This document shows, in pieces, positions 46,558-56,953 of a stretch of 64,000 bases of DNA. The stretch lies in assembly GCA_902493275.1 (NCBI GenBank), contig CABUOQ010000002.1, positions 30,328 through 94,327 on the forward strand. The letters are read 5' to 3'. Source of the DNA: an uncultured Bacillota bacterium. GTDB lineage: Bacteria > Bacillota_I > Bacilli_A > RFN20 > CAG-449. The position numbers were made by a program, and so were the translations under genes. The notes below the pieces were generated by a model, which was not told where the DNA came from, made no database searches, and saw nothing but the letters and a program-made list of their open reading frames with translations. The number at the start of each line of letters is the position of its first letter. Position 1 is the stretch's first letter.

Positions 46558-47044
46558 GCTTAGTTTCTACCTCAATTGATAATTTACGTCCTTCATATTT
46601 TCTGAAAGGAATTCCCGCCATCAACAATAAACTCTTTGATGCCCGAACAGAAACAGAATCAAGATCTTTTTCATCCAAATAAATGACTTCCTTAATTCCA
46701 GATTGAATGATTGCCTTAGCACACTCATTGCATGGAAAAAGAGTAACATATAATCTAGATCCTTTAAGCGAACTATTCGAATTCAAAATTGCATTTAATT
46801 CAGCGTGACATACATATAGATATTTGCTATCTAAATCATCTTTACCTTGCCTATTCCAGGGCATCGCATCATCGCTTAAACCAGTAGGCATACCATTATA
46901 ACCCATTGTGATAACTTTATTTTCATTTGAAGCAACACATGCTCCTACTTGAGTATTAGGGTCTTTACTTCTTTTTGAAGATAGTAAAGCTACACCCATA
47001 AAATATTCATCCCATGAAATGTAATCTTGTCTTTTGTTTGCCAT
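46541..47044 (-). CDS. dCMP deaminase (ComEB-like cytidine/deoxycytidylate deaminase).
   Basis: Zn-binding motifs CHAELNAIL and PCNECAKAI. The track start at 47074 is a TTG. The ATG at 47042-47044 (MANKRQDYISWDEYF) has a GAAGGA RBS, so the start is set to 47044. Confidence 0.7.
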   Translation of the reverse strand: MANKRQDYISWDEYFMGVALLSSKRSKDPNTQVGACVASNENKVITMGYNGMPTGLSDDAMPWNRQGKDDLDSKYLYVCHAELNAILNSNSSLKGSRLYVTLFPCNECAKAIIQSGIKEVIYLDEKDLDSVSVRASKSLLLMAGIPFRKYEGRKLSIEVETKHENLD

Positions 47045-47133
47045 AATAATATCCTTCTTATGATATTTTAACAAATTAGTTAATAAAAATATATAATTAT
47101 AATTCTTAATATTATTTTATAACGATAATATAA

Positions 47134-47158
47134 AAGGATTCCTCAAAAAGGAATCCTT
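47134..47158 (-). terminator. Rho-independent terminator after rplQ (alpha operon end).
   Basis: Stem aaggattcc/ggaatcctt with loop tcaaaaa, followed on the minus strand by a T-rich tract. It also looks like a plus-strand terminator. Confidence 0.6.
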
Positions 47159-47178
47159 ATTTTTTACTTTTTAACTAA

Positions 47179-47577
47179 TTACTTAACCCAAGTAACTAGA
47201 GCAACGACTGAATTATCTCCTTTACGGACTCCAGTTTTTAATACTGAAGTGTATCCGCCATTACGATCTTTATATGAAGGAGCAATCTCATCAAATAATT
47301 TTTGAAGAGCAGTTTTTCCTTCTTTTGCATCGACATGACGAACAATAGCAGCAGCTAAACGACGTGAATTTAAATCGCCTTTTTTACCATATGTTACCAA
47401 GCGATCTGCTAATGCAGAAAGATCTTTAGCAACTGATAAAGTAACCTCTACTTTGCCGTATACAATTAAATCAGTGACATTGTTTCTTAACATTTGATTG
47501 TACTTTTTTGATGTAAATCCGGTTTTGAAGCGGACACCACCTTTACCATGTACATTCTTACGTCCGATTGTACCCAT
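47179..47577 (-). CDS. rplQ: 50S ribosomal protein L17.
   Basis: Position after rpoA, RBS GGAGG, and an L17-like basic N-terminus (GRKNVHGKGGVRFKTG). Confidence 0.85.
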   Translation of the reverse strand: MGTIGRKNVHGKGGVRFKTGFTSKKYNQMLRNNVTDLIVYGKVEVTLSVAKDLSALADRLVTYGKKGDLNSRRLAAAIVRHVDAKEGKTALQKLFDEIAPSYKDRNGGYTSVLKTGVRKGDNSVVALVTWVK

Positions 47578-47589
47578 GTTGGCCTCCTA

Positions 47590-48540
47590 TTATTCGTATT
47601 CTCTAAAGCCAAGTCCAATCGCAGCAAGCTTTTCCTTGACTTCTTTAAGTGATTTTTTACCAAGATTTTTGACCTTCATCATATCTTCTTCTGTCTTTTG
47701 AGTTAATTCCATTACTGTTGCAATAGAAGCTCTCTTTAAGCAGTTATATGAACGAACTGATAAATCAAGTTCATCGATAGTCATATCTTGATATTTATTT
47801 TTAGGTTCATCTATTTTTTCTGCTAATACATCAGTAGATTGTGCAATTTCTGTCAATCCGACAAATAAATCAAAGTGAGCAACTAATATTTTAGCCGCTA
47901 GGGAAATTGCCTCTTGAGGTAGCATAGAACCATTGGTTGTTATTTCCATATCTAAGCGATCATATGAAGTTTTTTGACCAACTCTTGAAGGTTGAACATC
48001 ATATTGAACTTTAGTAATTGGTGAGTAGTTAGAATCAGTTGGAATCATTCCAATAGGGAAATTTTTTGCTTTATTTCCCTCTGATGTAACATAACCTCTG
48101 CCATTTCTTGCATAGATGGTCATAACAAGGTGTCCCTCCTCATTGCAATGAGCAAGAACTAAATCTTTATTTACAATGGAAACACCTGCTGAACATTGTA
48201 TATCACCTGCGGTGACAATTGCAGGTCCTTTAACATCAATAAATAATTTTTGTGTTGCTTCTGAATCTTCATCAATTTTTAATACTAAATCTTTTAAATT
48301 TAGTATAATCTCAGTGACGTCTTCTTTAACTCCATCTAATGAAGAGAATTCATGACGTGCACCCTCAACTTCAATTGCAAAGACACTAGCACCTGGAAGA
48401 GAAGATAATAATACTCTTCTTAAAGCATTACCAAGAGTTGTACCAAATCCGCGCTCGAGTGGTTCGATTGAGAATTTACCAACATTAGTTGCTACATCAT
48501 ATGTAGCGATGTTAAATTCTGGTTTTTCAAATTTTTTCAT
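47590..48540 (-). CDS. rpoA: DNA-directed RNA polymerase subunit alpha.
   Basis: MKKFEKPEFNIATYD... 316 aa, between rpsK and rplQ. Confidence 0.92.
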   Translation of the reverse strand: MKKFEKPEFNIATYDVATNVGKFSIEPLERGFGTTLGNALRRVLLSSLPGASVFAIEVEGARHEFSSLDGVKEDVTEIILNLKDLVLKIDEDSEATQKLFIDVKGPAIVTAGDIQCSAGVSIVNKDLVLAHCNEEGHLVMTIYARNGRGYVTSEGNKAKNFPIGMIPTDSNYSPITKVQYDVQPSRVGQKTSYDRLDMEITTNGSMLPQEAISLAAKILVAHFDLFVGLTEIAQSTDVLAEKIDEPKNKYQDMTIDELDLSVRSYNCLKRASIATVMELTQKTEEDMMKVKNLGKKSLKEVKEKLAAIGLGFREYE

Positions 48541-48602
48541 TGATTTTCCTCCCTGGTTAATTTGAAAGTTTGATTTGTAATTGTAATTTCAAATTCGCCA
48601 TA

Positions 48603-48998
48603 CTAGCCTCTAGGGCGTTTTGGTGGACGACATCCATTATGTGGAATAGGTGTCGTATCGGTAATAGTTTGAATTTGTAAACCTGCTGCTTGTAAACTTC
48701 TCAAAGCTGATTCACGTCCTGGACCAGGACCTTTAACATCAACATCAACAGTTGTTAAGCCTTGATCAACTGCGACTTTAGCACACGCTTCCGCTGCTTG
48801 TTGAGCAGCAAAAGGTGTTGATTTCTTTGCACCTTTGTAACCCATTGCTCCAGCTGAAGACCATGCGATTACATTACCTGCTTCATCAGAAATGGTAACG
48901 ATTGTATTGTTGAAAGTTGAGTGAATGTGGGCGATACCTTTAGTAAAAGCTCTTTTGATTTTCTTTTTACGTGGTGCGACTTTTGAATTTCCTGCCAT
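48603..48998 (-). CDS. rpsK: 30S ribosomal protein S11.
   Basis: [18 protein letters not shown] is the conserved S11 block. Confidence 0.92.
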   Translation of the reverse strand: MAGNSKVAPRKKKIKRAFTKGIAHIHSTFNNTIVTISDEAGNVIAWSSAGAMGYKGAKKSTPFAAQQAAEACAKVAVDQGLTTVDVDVKGPGPGRESALRSLQAAGLQIQTITDTTPIPHNGCRPPKRPRG

Positions 48999-49014
48999 AA
49001 ATCAATTCTCCTTT

Positions 49015-49392
49015 CTAACCTCTTGTTGCTTCTTTCTTATTAGCAATAGTTTTTCTAGGTCCTTTTCTTGTACGAGCATTAGTTTTTGTCTTTTGTCCAC
49101 GTACTGGAAGACCCTTTCTATGTCTAATTCCACGATAGCAACCGATTTCTTGAAGACGCTTAATGTTCATTGAAACTTCTCTTCTGAGATCGCCTTCAAC
49201 TCTATATTTGCTAATTTCATTTCTTATTGCTGTTAATTGTTCTTCACTTAAATTCTTAACTCTGATATCCTCTGAAACACCAACTGCTGCTAAGACTTTT
49301 TTAGCAATAGTAGGTCCAATACCATAAATGTAAGTCAAAGAGACAACTACACGCTTATCATTTGGTATATCTACACCGACGATACGTGCCAT
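49015..49392 (-). CDS. rpsM: 30S ribosomal protein S13.
   Basis: [26 protein letters not shown]. Confidence 0.92.
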   Translation of the reverse strand: MARIVGVDIPNDKRVVVSLTYIYGIGPTIAKKVLAAVGVSEDIRVKNLSEEQLTAIRNEISKYRVEGDLRREVSMNIKRLQEIGCYRGIRHRKGLPVRGQKTKTNARTRKGPRKTIANKKEATRG

Positions 49393-49411
49393 TTTTCATT
49401 TCCTCCTAAAA

Positions 49412-49525
49412 TTAACCTTGTCTTTGTTTGTGCTTTGGATTAACGCAAATAACCATAACTTTGCCATTTCTCTTAATCACTTTGCACTTATCACAAATTG
49501 GTTTTACTGAAGGTCTTACTTTCAT
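49412..49525 (-). CDS. rpmJ: 50S ribosomal protein L36 (not in the supplied ORF track).
   Basis: Manual translation of the minus strand gives [37 protein letters not shown] (37 aa, Zn-ribbon C-x2-C...C-x4-H). It lies between infA and rpsM as expected. Confidence 0.85.
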   Translation of the reverse strand: MKVRPSVKPICDKCKVIKRNGKVMVICVNPKHKQRQG

Positions 49526-49547
49526 AATAATTTCCTCCTAAGTGATA

Positions 49548-49766
49548 CTATTTGTATCTAAATGTTATTCTGCCATGTGTTAAATCATATGGCGATATTG
49601 CTACCGTAACTCTATCACCTGGTAAAATGCGAATGTAATTCATGCGGATTTTACCAGAAACATTGGCGAGAATCACGACACCGTTTTCTAATCTAACCTT
49701 AAACATCGTATTAGGTAAGGTTTCAACGACTACCGCCTCTACTTCAATGACGTCTTCTTTAGCCAT
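49548..49766 (-). CDS. infA: Translation initiation factor IF-1.
   Basis: [29 protein letters not shown]... 72 aa. Confidence 0.92.
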   Translation of the reverse strand: MAKEDVIEVEAVVVETLPNTMFKVRLENGVVILANVSGKIRMNYIRILPGDRVTVAISPYDLTHGRITFRYK

Positions 49767-49786
49767 TAACTAAATTTCTCCTTTAA

Positions 49787-50533
49787 TTAAAGTTTTGTGA
49801 GGATTTCATAACCCTCTTTAGTAACTACGATTGTATTTTCATGATGAGAAGCAAGCTTACCATCACAAGTTTTACTAGTCCAACCATCGCTAAGAGTATA
49901 GCACTCTTTTCTTCCTTGAAGGACCATTGGTTCAATCGCTAGAGTCATACCCGCCTTCAATACAGGACCATGACCCATTTCACCAAAATTTGGAATTGCA
50001 GGATCTTCATGCATTTCCTTTCCGATTCCATGTCCGGTGAATTCTCTGACTAGAGAATAACCATTTTCCTCAGCGTGCTTTTGAATTGCTGCTGAAATAT
50101 CAGATAAGTGAACTCCTTCTTTCACTAAAGCCAACCCTTTTTCAAGACACTCTTCTGTGACTCTAACTAAACGATCAGCTTCTGGGGATACTTTACCGAC
50201 TCTAAATGTTCGGCATGCATCGCCATTGTATCCTTGATATTTGACCACTACATCGCATGAGATGATATCACCCTCTTTTAGTCTTTGATTAGATGGTATA
50301 CCATGCACGATAACATCATTAACTGATGTACATATCGCGCCTGGAAAACCATAATAACCTTTTGAAGAAGGGATTCCTCCATTATGAGTAATTACTTGCT
50401 CAGCCTTATCAGCAACTTGCTTTGTAGTTACTCCTGGAACGATAAAGCGTTCTAATTCATCAAATACTTTTGCAACTATCTTGCCAGCTTCACGCATTAA
50501 TGCGATTTCTCTTTCCGATTTGATGATGATCAT
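49787..50533 (-). CDS. map: Methionine aminopeptidase type I.
   Basis: MIIIKSEREIALMREAGKIVA... with metal ligands in ISCDVVV/YNGD and HGIG. Confidence 0.9.
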   Translation of the reverse strand: MIIIKSEREIALMREAGKIVAKVFDELERFIVPGVTTKQVADKAEQVITHNGGIPSSKGYYGFPGAICTSVNDVIVHGIPSNQRLKEGDIISCDVVVKYQGYNGDACRTFRVGKVSPEADRLVRVTEECLEKGLALVKEGVHLSDISAAIQKHAEENGYSLVREFTGHGIGKEMHEDPAIPNFGEMGHGPVLKAGMTLAIEPMVLQGRKECYTLSDGWTSKTCDGKLASHHENTIVVTKEGYEILTKL

Positions 50534-51184
50534 TTATCTACCTTCAAGAATACGTTTGATATCTTCAAAGACATCATCGATACTTTGTAAACCATTAACC
50601 TCTTTTAAAAGATTTTCTTTTTGATAGAACTCTATCAAAGGTTTTGTTTGATTTTCATAAGCATCTAATCTCACTTTTAAAGCTTCAACAGTATCGTCTT
50701 TTCTTTGAATCAACTCTCCGCCACAACTATCGCAAATTCCATCTATCGATGGTTTTTTTGTTTCAACATGATATGAATTACCACATTTGCTACAAACGCG
50801 ACGTCCAGAAATTCTCTTGGTAAGAATTGAATAATCACAAGCGATATTGATAACGATGTTAACTTCACGCGAGATTTCTTTTGTCAAAGCTTTGAGAGCT
50901 TCCGCTTGTTTTAAAGTACGTGGGAAGCCATCAAGCAAATAACCATTTTTACAATCTGGACACGAAAGTCTTTCCTTCACTAATCCGATTGTTACTTCGT
51001 CAGGAACAAGTGCTCCTGCTTGTATATAAGATTCTGCAAGCTTACCGAGCTCAGTTTTATTGGCGATTGCTTCTCTAAACATATCACCAGTAGAAATATG
51101 AGGAACATTTAAATACTTGAGAATTTTTTCTGATTGAGTTCCTTTTCCTGCTCCAGGAGGACCCATAATTATCATATTATGCAT
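50534..51184 (-). CDS. adk: Adenylate kinase (with Zn-binding lid).
   Basis: P-loop GPPGAGKGTQ and lid cysteines CSKCGNSYH...CDSCGG. RBS GGAGG. Its stop codon directly abuts the map ATG. Confidence 0.92.
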   Translation of the reverse strand: MHNMIIMGPPGAGKGTQSEKILKYLNVPHISTGDMFREAIANKTELGKLAESYIQAGALVPDEVTIGLVKERLSCPDCKNGYLLDGFPRTLKQAEALKALTKEISREVNIVINIACDYSILTKRISGRRVCSKCGNSYHVETKKPSIDGICDSCGGELIQRKDDTVEALKVRLDAYENQTKPLIEFYQKENLLKEVNGLQSIDDVFEDIKRILEGR

Positions 51185-51195
51185 AAATCAACCTC

Positions 51196-52539
51196 CTAGA
51201 TAACATTAGCATGTTCGTTAGAAGCGAGCAAGCCATTAATTTGACCCATAGTTTCAAGAGCGACACCGACGACAATAATCATACCAGTTCCGCCTAAGGC
51301 CAATGATTGAGGAACAACATTGCATAGAGTCAACACAACTGGCAAAGCAGCAATAAGAGTTAATGCTGTAGCACCGATGAAGGTAACTCTATTTAATACT
51401 TTTTTAATATAGCGTTGCGTATCATTTCCTGGTCTAATTCCTGGAATATATGATCCGCTCTTTTGGAAATCATCTGCTAAACGCTCTGGATTAATAGTTA
51501 AATTAGAATAGAAGAATGAGAATGCAAAGGTGAGAATAATATATATTATTAATCCCCAAGGCATATACCAAACTTCATCATTAAACCAAGGCATTTCTAC
51601 TAACGCTGAGTTAGTAAAGATTTTCAAAATATTGTCCATAGTCTCGGTTGTTGATGAAACAACGAAACTAACAATTACCGCTGGAGCCATCATTAATGAT
51701 GATGCGAATATAACCGGAATAACACCAGCACTATTAATTTTAATAGGTAAGAATGAAGTATTATTTACTTTTGCATTTAACGCTCCACCTTTATTTGAGT
51801 GTTGTACAGGAATTTTTCTTATAGACTTTTCGATAAAAGCAACAAACAAGATTATGACTAAGTATGCTAATATATAAATTAATACTTTTATAGCACCTTG
51901 GATAATTCTTGCTTCATCACCAGTAGGAATTTCTTGTCCAAAGAAATAACTTAATGCGCTATATATTTGATTTGGTAAAGAAGCGATAATACCAACGAAA
52001 ATAATCATTGATACACCATTACCGATACCCTTTGATGTAATCTGATCTGCCATCCACATTACTAACATAGAACCAGCGATTAAATAAATAATCAATTGAG
52101 TATATCCCCAGAAACTCGAATCATGCAAGGTGATATAATCTGAATTTTGCATTGTCACGATAATACCATATGCTTGAACTGCTCCGAGAACAAGGGTTAA
52201 ATAACGTGTAGCCATTTCGATTTTCTTACGCCCTGATTGACCTTGTTTTGAAAGTTCAGTCAATGCTGGCAAAACATCCATCGATAATAACTGAATAATA
52301 ATTGATGATGTAATATAAGGAGAAACTCCTAAAGCGAACAATGAAAAGTTTTGTAACGCTCCACCACCCATAAGATTCATTAAGGCGAGAACATTTGTTG
52401 TGTCCATAGCGGTACTATCAATAGTAACACCAGGCACAGAAATGGACGCACCAATTCTGAAAATCAACACAATACCAAGGGTAAAGAGAATTCGATCTCT
52501 AATATCCTTGTTTTTAAAGATGGCTACGAGTTTCTTCAT
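51196..52539 (-). CDS. secY: Preprotein translocase subunit SecY.
   Basis: A 447-aa polytopic protein between rplO and adk, with secY-like conserved blocks (GIMPYI-type region). Confidence 0.9.
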   Translation of the reverse strand: MKKLVAIFKNKDIRDRILFTLGIVLIFRIGASISVPGVTIDSTAMDTTNVLALMNLMGGGALQNFSLFALGVSPYITSSIIIQLLSMDVLPALTELSKQGQSGRKKIEMATRYLTLVLGAVQAYGIIVTMQNSDYITLHDSSFWGYTQLIIYLIAGSMLVMWMADQITSKGIGNGVSMIIFVGIIASLPNQIYSALSYFFGQEIPTGDEARIIQGAIKVLIYILAYLVIILFVAFIEKSIRKIPVQHSNKGGALNAKVNNTSFLPIKINSAGVIPVIFASSLMMAPAVIVSFVVSSTTETMDNILKIFTNSALVEMPWFNDEVWYMPWGLIIYIILTFAFSFFYSNLTINPERLADDFQKSGSYIPGIRPGNDTQRYIKKVLNRVTFIGATALTLIAALPVVLTLCNVVPQSLALGGTGMIIVVGVALETMGQINGLLASNEHANVI

Positions 52540-52540
52540 C

Positions 52541-52984
52541 TTACAAAACCTCTATAGAACCACCAGCAGTAGTAATTGCTTGTTCTGCAGTTTTTGAGAA
52601 TTTATGTGCAGAAACATCGAGTTTACGCTCTAATTTTCCGTTACCAAGAATTTTAACTCTTCCGCCAAAATTTTTGTTAATTAAGCGTTTTTCAACTAAT
52701 AAAGTTGGAGTAACTTTAGTTCCATCTTCAAAAACGTTTAAATCACCAACATTAACAGTAGCGAATTCAACTGTAGTATAGTTGTGGAACCCTCTCTTTG
52801 GTAATCTTCTATAGATTGGGTTTTGTCCACCTTCAAAACCAAGACGTGGAGATCCACCGCTTCTAGACTTTTGTCCCTTTACACCAGATCCACCATTTTT
52901 TCCTTTTCCAGAACCAATACCACGGCAAATTACTTTACCATGTGGACGTGAGCCAGGAGTATAACTTAATTCGTTTAATTTCAT
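52541..52984 (-). CDS. rplO: 50S ribosomal protein L15.
   Basis: [32 protein letters not shown]... Confidence 0.9.
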   Translation of the reverse strand: MKLNELSYTPGSRPHGKVICRGIGSGKGKNGGSGVKGQKSRSGGSPRLGFEGGQNPIYRRLPKRGFHNYTTVEFATVNVGDLNVFEDGTKVTPTLLVEKRLINKNFGGRVKILGNGKLERKLDVSAHKFSKTAEQAITTAGGSIEVL

Positions 52985-52996
52985 ATCCGCAACCTC

Positions 52997-53599
52997 CTAT
53001 TTACGAAGTGCTTCAACTTGAGAAGCTGTTTTCATTGAACATAAACCGCTAACAGTTGCTCTAATACAATTGATTGGAGTTCTTGAACCATAAACTTTTG
53101 AGTAAATATTTTTGATTCCTGCTAATTCCAATACTGCACGAACAGGACCACCAGCAATAATACCAGTACCTTCTGCAGCAGGTTTTAAATAAACTTTTGA
53201 TGCGCCATAGCTTGCCATAACATCATGAGTAACAGTTGCACCCTTTGCAATAGCAACATGGAACATATTATTCTTCGCAGCAGCTAATGCTTTCTTTATT
53301 GCCTCTGGTACTTCACCAGCTTTTCCAGTTCCAAAACCGAAATTGCCTTTTCCATCACCAATGACCATTAAAACTGCAAAACGCATGTGACGTCCACCCT
53401 TAACAGTTTTTGAAACTCTATTAATTGAGACGACTCTTTCTTCATATATTTTTTCTTCACGTCTAGGACCATTTTTATTGAATTTACGTGGACCTTTTCC
53501 GTTGAATTTACGATTTCTAGGAGCTCTATTATTTTGTTCAGGAGCTTTTGCTGCATCTTTTTCTACAACTGGTGCAACTACTTTTTCTTCTTCTGCCAT
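52997..53599 (-). CDS. rpsE: 30S ribosomal protein S5, with an approximately 35-aa Lys/Arg-rich N-terminal extension.
   Basis: Conserved S5 core [33 protein letters not shown] at 53597-53599 with a GGAGG RBS. Only 12 nt separate its stop from the rplO start. Confidence 0.9.
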   Translation of the reverse strand: MAEEEKVVAPVVEKDAAKAPEQNNRAPRNRKFNGKGPRKFNKNGPRREEKIYEERVVSINRVSKTVKGGRHMRFAVLMVIGDGKGNFGFGTGKAGEVPEAIKKALAAAKNNMFHVAIAKGATVTHDVMASYGASKVYLKPAAEGTGIIAGGPVRAVLELAGIKNIYSKVYGSRTPINCIRATVSGLCSMKTASQVEALRK

Positions 53600-53611
53600 T
53601 TTTCAATCCTC

Positions 53612-53968
53612 CTAGAATTTTAAGCCTGCAGCTCTTGCTGCATCAGCTAAAGCCTCAATACGTCCATGATATACATATCCAGAACGATCAAAGACAATTT
53701 TAGTAATACCTGCAGCTAATGCTGCTTTTGCGATTGCATCTCCAACAGCTTTTGCAGCTTCGATATTACCACCATTAGTTAATTTTAATTGAACTGATGA
53801 TGCGGATGCAATAGTTTTGCCCTCGATATCATTAATTAATTGGGCATGAATGTGTTTATTTGAACGAAATACGCTCAAACGTGGGCAATCAGCAGTGCCA
53901 GAGATCTTTGCTCTTACACGAGCATGACGTCTTACACGACTTACATTTTTAGATTCCTTATTTATCAT
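53612..53968 (-). CDS. rplR: 50S ribosomal protein L18.
   Basis: Position in the spc operon and basic N-terminus [16 protein letters not shown]. Confidence 0.9.
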   Translation of the reverse strand: MINKESKNVSRVRRHARVRAKISGTADCPRLSVFRSNKHIHAQLINDIEGKTIASASSVQLKLTNGGNIEAAKAVGDAIAKAALAAGITKIVFDRSGYVYHGRIEALADAARAAGLKF

Positions 53969-53998
53969 AATTCATATTCTCCTTATTTGAGCTACTTA

Positions 53999-54562
53999 CT
54001 ATTTCTTACCAGCACGTTTTCCTTCTTTACGGAGGATAACTTCATTTTCGTACTTGATACCTTTACCTAAGTATGGTTCTGGTTCACGAACAGCTCTGAT
54101 TTCAGCAGCCATTTGACCAACTTTTTGTTTATCAGCACCTAATACTTCAATACCTTGAGTCTTATTGTTTCCATTAGAAACATCAAATAATTTATATGAA
54201 ATTCCTTCTGGTGCAGCAACTAAGACTTCATGTGAATAACCCATATTTAACACTAAGGTTGTTCCTCTTAAAGCAGCACGATAACCGATACCATTAATTA
54301 ATAATTTCTTTGAAAATCCTTCTTCAACACCTTTTACCATGTTAGCAAGAACAGCTCTTGTAGTACCGTGTTGTGCTTTCATTTCTCTAGAATCATTTGG
54401 TCTTGTAACTTTAACTTCTTGACCTTCTTGAGTAATTTTGATTTGATCATTGAATGTATGAACTAATGTTCCCTTTGGTCCAGTAACTGTGACTTTTGAA
54501 CCTTCAATTTTTAAAGTAACATTACTTGGGAGTTGAATAACTTTTTTTCCGATACGTGACAT
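53999..54562 (-). CDS. rplF: 50S ribosomal protein L6.
   Basis: MSRIGKKVIQLPSNVTLKIEGSKVTVTGPKG. Confidence 0.9.
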   Translation of the reverse strand: MSRIGKKVIQLPSNVTLKIEGSKVTVTGPKGTLVHTFNDQIKITQEGQEVKVTRPNDSREMKAQHGTTRAVLANMVKGVEEGFSKKLLINGIGYRAALRGTTLVLNMGYSHEVLVAAPEGISYKLFDVSNGNNKTQGIEVLGADKQKVGQMAAEIRAVREPEPYLGKGIKYENEVILRKEGKRAGKK

Positions 54563-54579
54563 AGTTTATTCCTCCTTAA

Positions 54580-54975
54580 TTACCATATATAAGCGATAAC
54601 TTCGCCACCGATATTAGCTTTACGTGCATTCTTATCAGTCATCATACCTTGTGAAGTTGAGATGATAGCAATACCTAATCCATTTAATACCTTAGGTAAT
54701 TTTTCTGCGCTAGCGTGAACGCGAAGTCCTGGTTTTGAAATTTTCTTTAAGCCAGAAATGGCTCTTTCACCAGTTTCACTATATTTTAATGTAATAGTTA
54801 ATGTTTTCTTAACATCACCATCAACTGCGAAATCGACGATGAATCCTTCTTCTTTTAAAATCTCAGCAATGTGAACTTTTACACTTGAAGAAGGCATTGT
54901 AACTGCTGGAGCTTTATTAGCATTAGCATTACGGATTCTTGTGAGCATATCTGCAATTGGATCTGTCATTGACAT
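54580..54975 (-). CDS. rpsH: 30S ribosomal protein S8.
   Basis: [19 protein letters not shown]. Confidence 0.92.
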   Translation of the reverse strand: MSMTDPIADMLTRIRNANANKAPAVTMPSSSVKVHIAEILKEEGFIVDFAVDGDVKKTLTITLKYSETGERAISGLKKISKPGLRVHASAEKLPKVLNGLGIAIISTSQGMMTDKNARKANIGGEVIAYIW

Positions 54976-54996
54976 AATATTCTTTTCCTCCTTCTA

Positions 54997-55182
54997 CTAC
55001 CAAGATGATTTTTTCATTCCTGGAATATCGCCTTTATAAGCTAATTCTCTTAAGCAAATACGGCATACTCCAAATTTTGAAATAACTGAGTGAGGACGAC
55101 CACAACGAGAACATCTTGAATATTCTCTTACTTTAAATTTTTGTGGGCGAGCGCAACGAACTTTAATACTTTTCTTTGCCAT
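54997..55182 (-). CDS. rpsZ: 30S ribosomal protein S14 type Z (Zn-ribbon, 61 aa).
   Basis: [20 protein letters not shown] contains the C-x2-C...C-x2-C zinc ribbon. Confidence 0.9.
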   Translation of the reverse strand: MAKKSIKVRCARPQKFKVREYSRCSRCGRPHSVISKFGVCRICLRELAYKGDIPGMKKSSW

Positions 55183-55193
55183 AATTCATCCTC

Positions 55194-55751
55194 CTACTTT
55201 GCGAAAGGCATACCGATTAATTCAAGAAGTGTATATGCTTCTTTATCGGTTTGCGCAGTTGTTACTATTACGATATCCATACCTCTTAATTTTCCGATTT
55301 TATCATAATCGATTTCTGGGAAAATTAATTGTTCTTTTATACCTAATGTATAATTACCACGGCCATCAAAAGCATTTTTATTGACGCCACGGAAATCTCT
55401 AACACGTGGTAATGAAATCGTAACTAATTTATCTAAGAATTCATACATTCTATCGCCTCTAAGAGTAACTTTACAACCGATTGCTTGGTTAGCTCTTAAT
55501 TTGAAAGATGCGATTGATTTCTTTGATCTTGTAATTTGTGGTTTTTGTCCAGCAATGAGAGTTAAATCATTAACTGCATCATCTAATAATTTAGAATTAG
55601 CGGTAGCATCACCAACACCAATATTAATAACAACTTTTTCTATATGTGGAACTTGCATAATACTGGTATAGCCATATTGCTTGACTAATGCAGGTACTAC
55701 TTCGCTTTTATATTTTGCTTTTAAACGAGCAACATATTTTTCTTCTGCCAT
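55194..55751 (-). CDS. rplE: 50S ribosomal protein L5.
   Basis: Position in the spc operon and conserved block [23 protein letters not shown]. Confidence 0.9.
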   Translation of the reverse strand: MAEEKYVARLKAKYKSEVVPALVKQYGYTSIMQVPHIEKVVINIGVGDATANSKLLDDAVNDLTLIAGQKPQITRSKKSIASFKLRANQAIGCKVTLRGDRMYEFLDKLVTISLPRVRDFRGVNKNAFDGRGNYTLGIKEQLIFPEIDYDKIGKLRGMDIVIVTTAQTDKEAYTLLELIGMPFAK

Positions 55752-55761
55752 GATTTACCTC

Positions 55762-56070
55762 CTAGTCTATTTGAGTCTTACTAGCTTTGCTGATACGAAC
55801 TTTTCTTCCGTTTGATACAGCATAACCAATTCGACTTGCTTTTTTAGCATTTGTATCATAGTATGCAACATTTGAAACATCAATTGGAGCATAGATTTCA
55901 ACAATTGAACCCTCAGGATTCTTTTGTGTAGGTTTTTGATGTTTTTTACGAACATTAACACCATCAACAACAACTTTATTTAATTTAGGAAACGCTTTTT
56001 GAACAGTTCCAACTTTACCCTTATCAGCACCAGCGATAACGATAACTTTATCACCTTTTTTAATTTTCAT
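55762..56070 (-). CDS. rplX: 50S ribosomal protein L24.
   Basis: MKIKKGDKVIVIAGADKGKVG (KOW motif). Confidence 0.9.
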   Translation of the reverse strand: MKIKKGDKVIVIAGADKGKVGTVQKAFPKLNKVVVDGVNVRKKHQKPTQKNPEGSIVEIYAPIDVSNVAYYDTNAKKASRIGYAVSNGRKVRISKASKTQID

Positions 56071-56083
56071 CGGTCATTTCCTC

Positions 56084-56458
56084 CTATAATACTTCAAGTG
56101 CAAGGGAGACAATTTTCATAAATCCTTCACCCTTATCACGAAGTTCACGAGCGATAGGTCCAAATACACGTGTTCCACGTGGTGAACCATCCTCATTAAT
56201 TAATACTACGGCATTATCATCGAATGCGATGTAAGATCCATTAGGTCTATTGATGCCTTTTTTAGTTCTTACGATGACACATTTAACAATATCACCTTTT
56301 TTCACTTTAGCATTTGGAATTGCTGACTTAACTGAGCATAAGACGATATCTCCAATTGAAGAAGATTTTCTTTTAGAACCGCCATACAAACGGAAGATAC
56401 GGACTGATTTAGCACCTGAGTTGTCAGCGACAACCATATTTGTTTCATTTTGAACCAT
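56084..56458 (-). CDS. rplN: 50S ribosomal protein L14.
   Basis: [19 protein letters not shown]... (L14 N-terminus). Confidence 0.92.
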   Translation of the reverse strand: MVQNETNMVVADNSGAKSVRIFRLYGGSKRKSSSIGDIVLCSVKSAIPNAKVKKGDIVKCVIVRTKKGINRPNGSYIAFDDNAVVLINEDGSPRGTRVFGPIARELRDKGEGFMKIVSLALEVL

Positions 56459-56474
56459 AACTTAATCTCCTTTC

Positions 56475-56738
56475 TTATTTAACATCTTCAGCTTTAGCTA
56501 CAATTTTAACTAAACGGAAACGTTTTGTTGCAGATAGAGGTCTTGTCTCTTCAATTACGACAACATCACCAATTTTGGCTTCATTGTTTTCATCATGAGC
56601 TTTAAACTTCTTGATGTATTTTACACGTTTACCATATTTCATATGTTTCTTGTGTGTTTCAACTAAGACGGTAATTGTCTTATCCATCTTATCAGAAGTG
56701 ACAACACCTTGAACTGATCTACGAATATTTCTTTCCAT
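56475..56738 (-). CDS. rpsQ: 30S ribosomal protein S17.
   Basis: [22 protein letters not shown]... Coordinates are from the track; my manual count of the start differed by 1 nt. Confidence 0.9.
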   Translation of the reverse strand: MERNIRRSVQGVVTSDKMDKTITVLVETHKKHMKYGKRVKYIKKFKAHDENNEAKIGDVVVIEETRPLSATKRFRLVKIVAKAEDVK

Positions 56739-56750
56739 GATTCACTCCTC

Positions 56751-56948
56751 CTAGTTGATGCCGAGTTCGCGTTCTTTTAACACTGTATAGCAACGAGCTA
56801 TTGTTTTACGAACTTCGGTAATCTTTTTGCCATTATCTAATTGACCAGTGGCTTGTTGGAAACGAAGAGTCAATAATTCTTGTTTCAATTCATAGACTTT
56901 GTCTTGAATTTCTGCGTTTTTGAGTTCTCTAATTTCAGATAATTTCAT
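56751..56948 (-). CDS. rpmC: 50S ribosomal protein L29.
   Basis: A 65-aa protein between rplP and rpsQ ([31 protein letters not shown]). Confidence 0.9.
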   Translation of the reverse strand: MKLSEIRELKNAEIQDKVYELKQELLTLRFQQATGQLDNGKKITEVRKTIARCYTVLKERELGIN

Positions 56949-56953
56949 AATTA

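Noticed and set aside
52984-52997. Looked for a hidden rpmD (L30) ORF between rpsE and rplO.
   Set aside because: The gap is 12 nt. No ORF is possible there, so the gene is genuinely absent at this locus.
56475-56739. Apparent 1-nt discrepancy in my manual count of the rpsQ start (extra g near 56700), which would imply a frameshift.
   Set aside because: The ORF track, computed from the same sequence, gives an intact 87-aa S17. The discrepancy is most likely a hand-counting or transcription error, so no frameshift is claimed.
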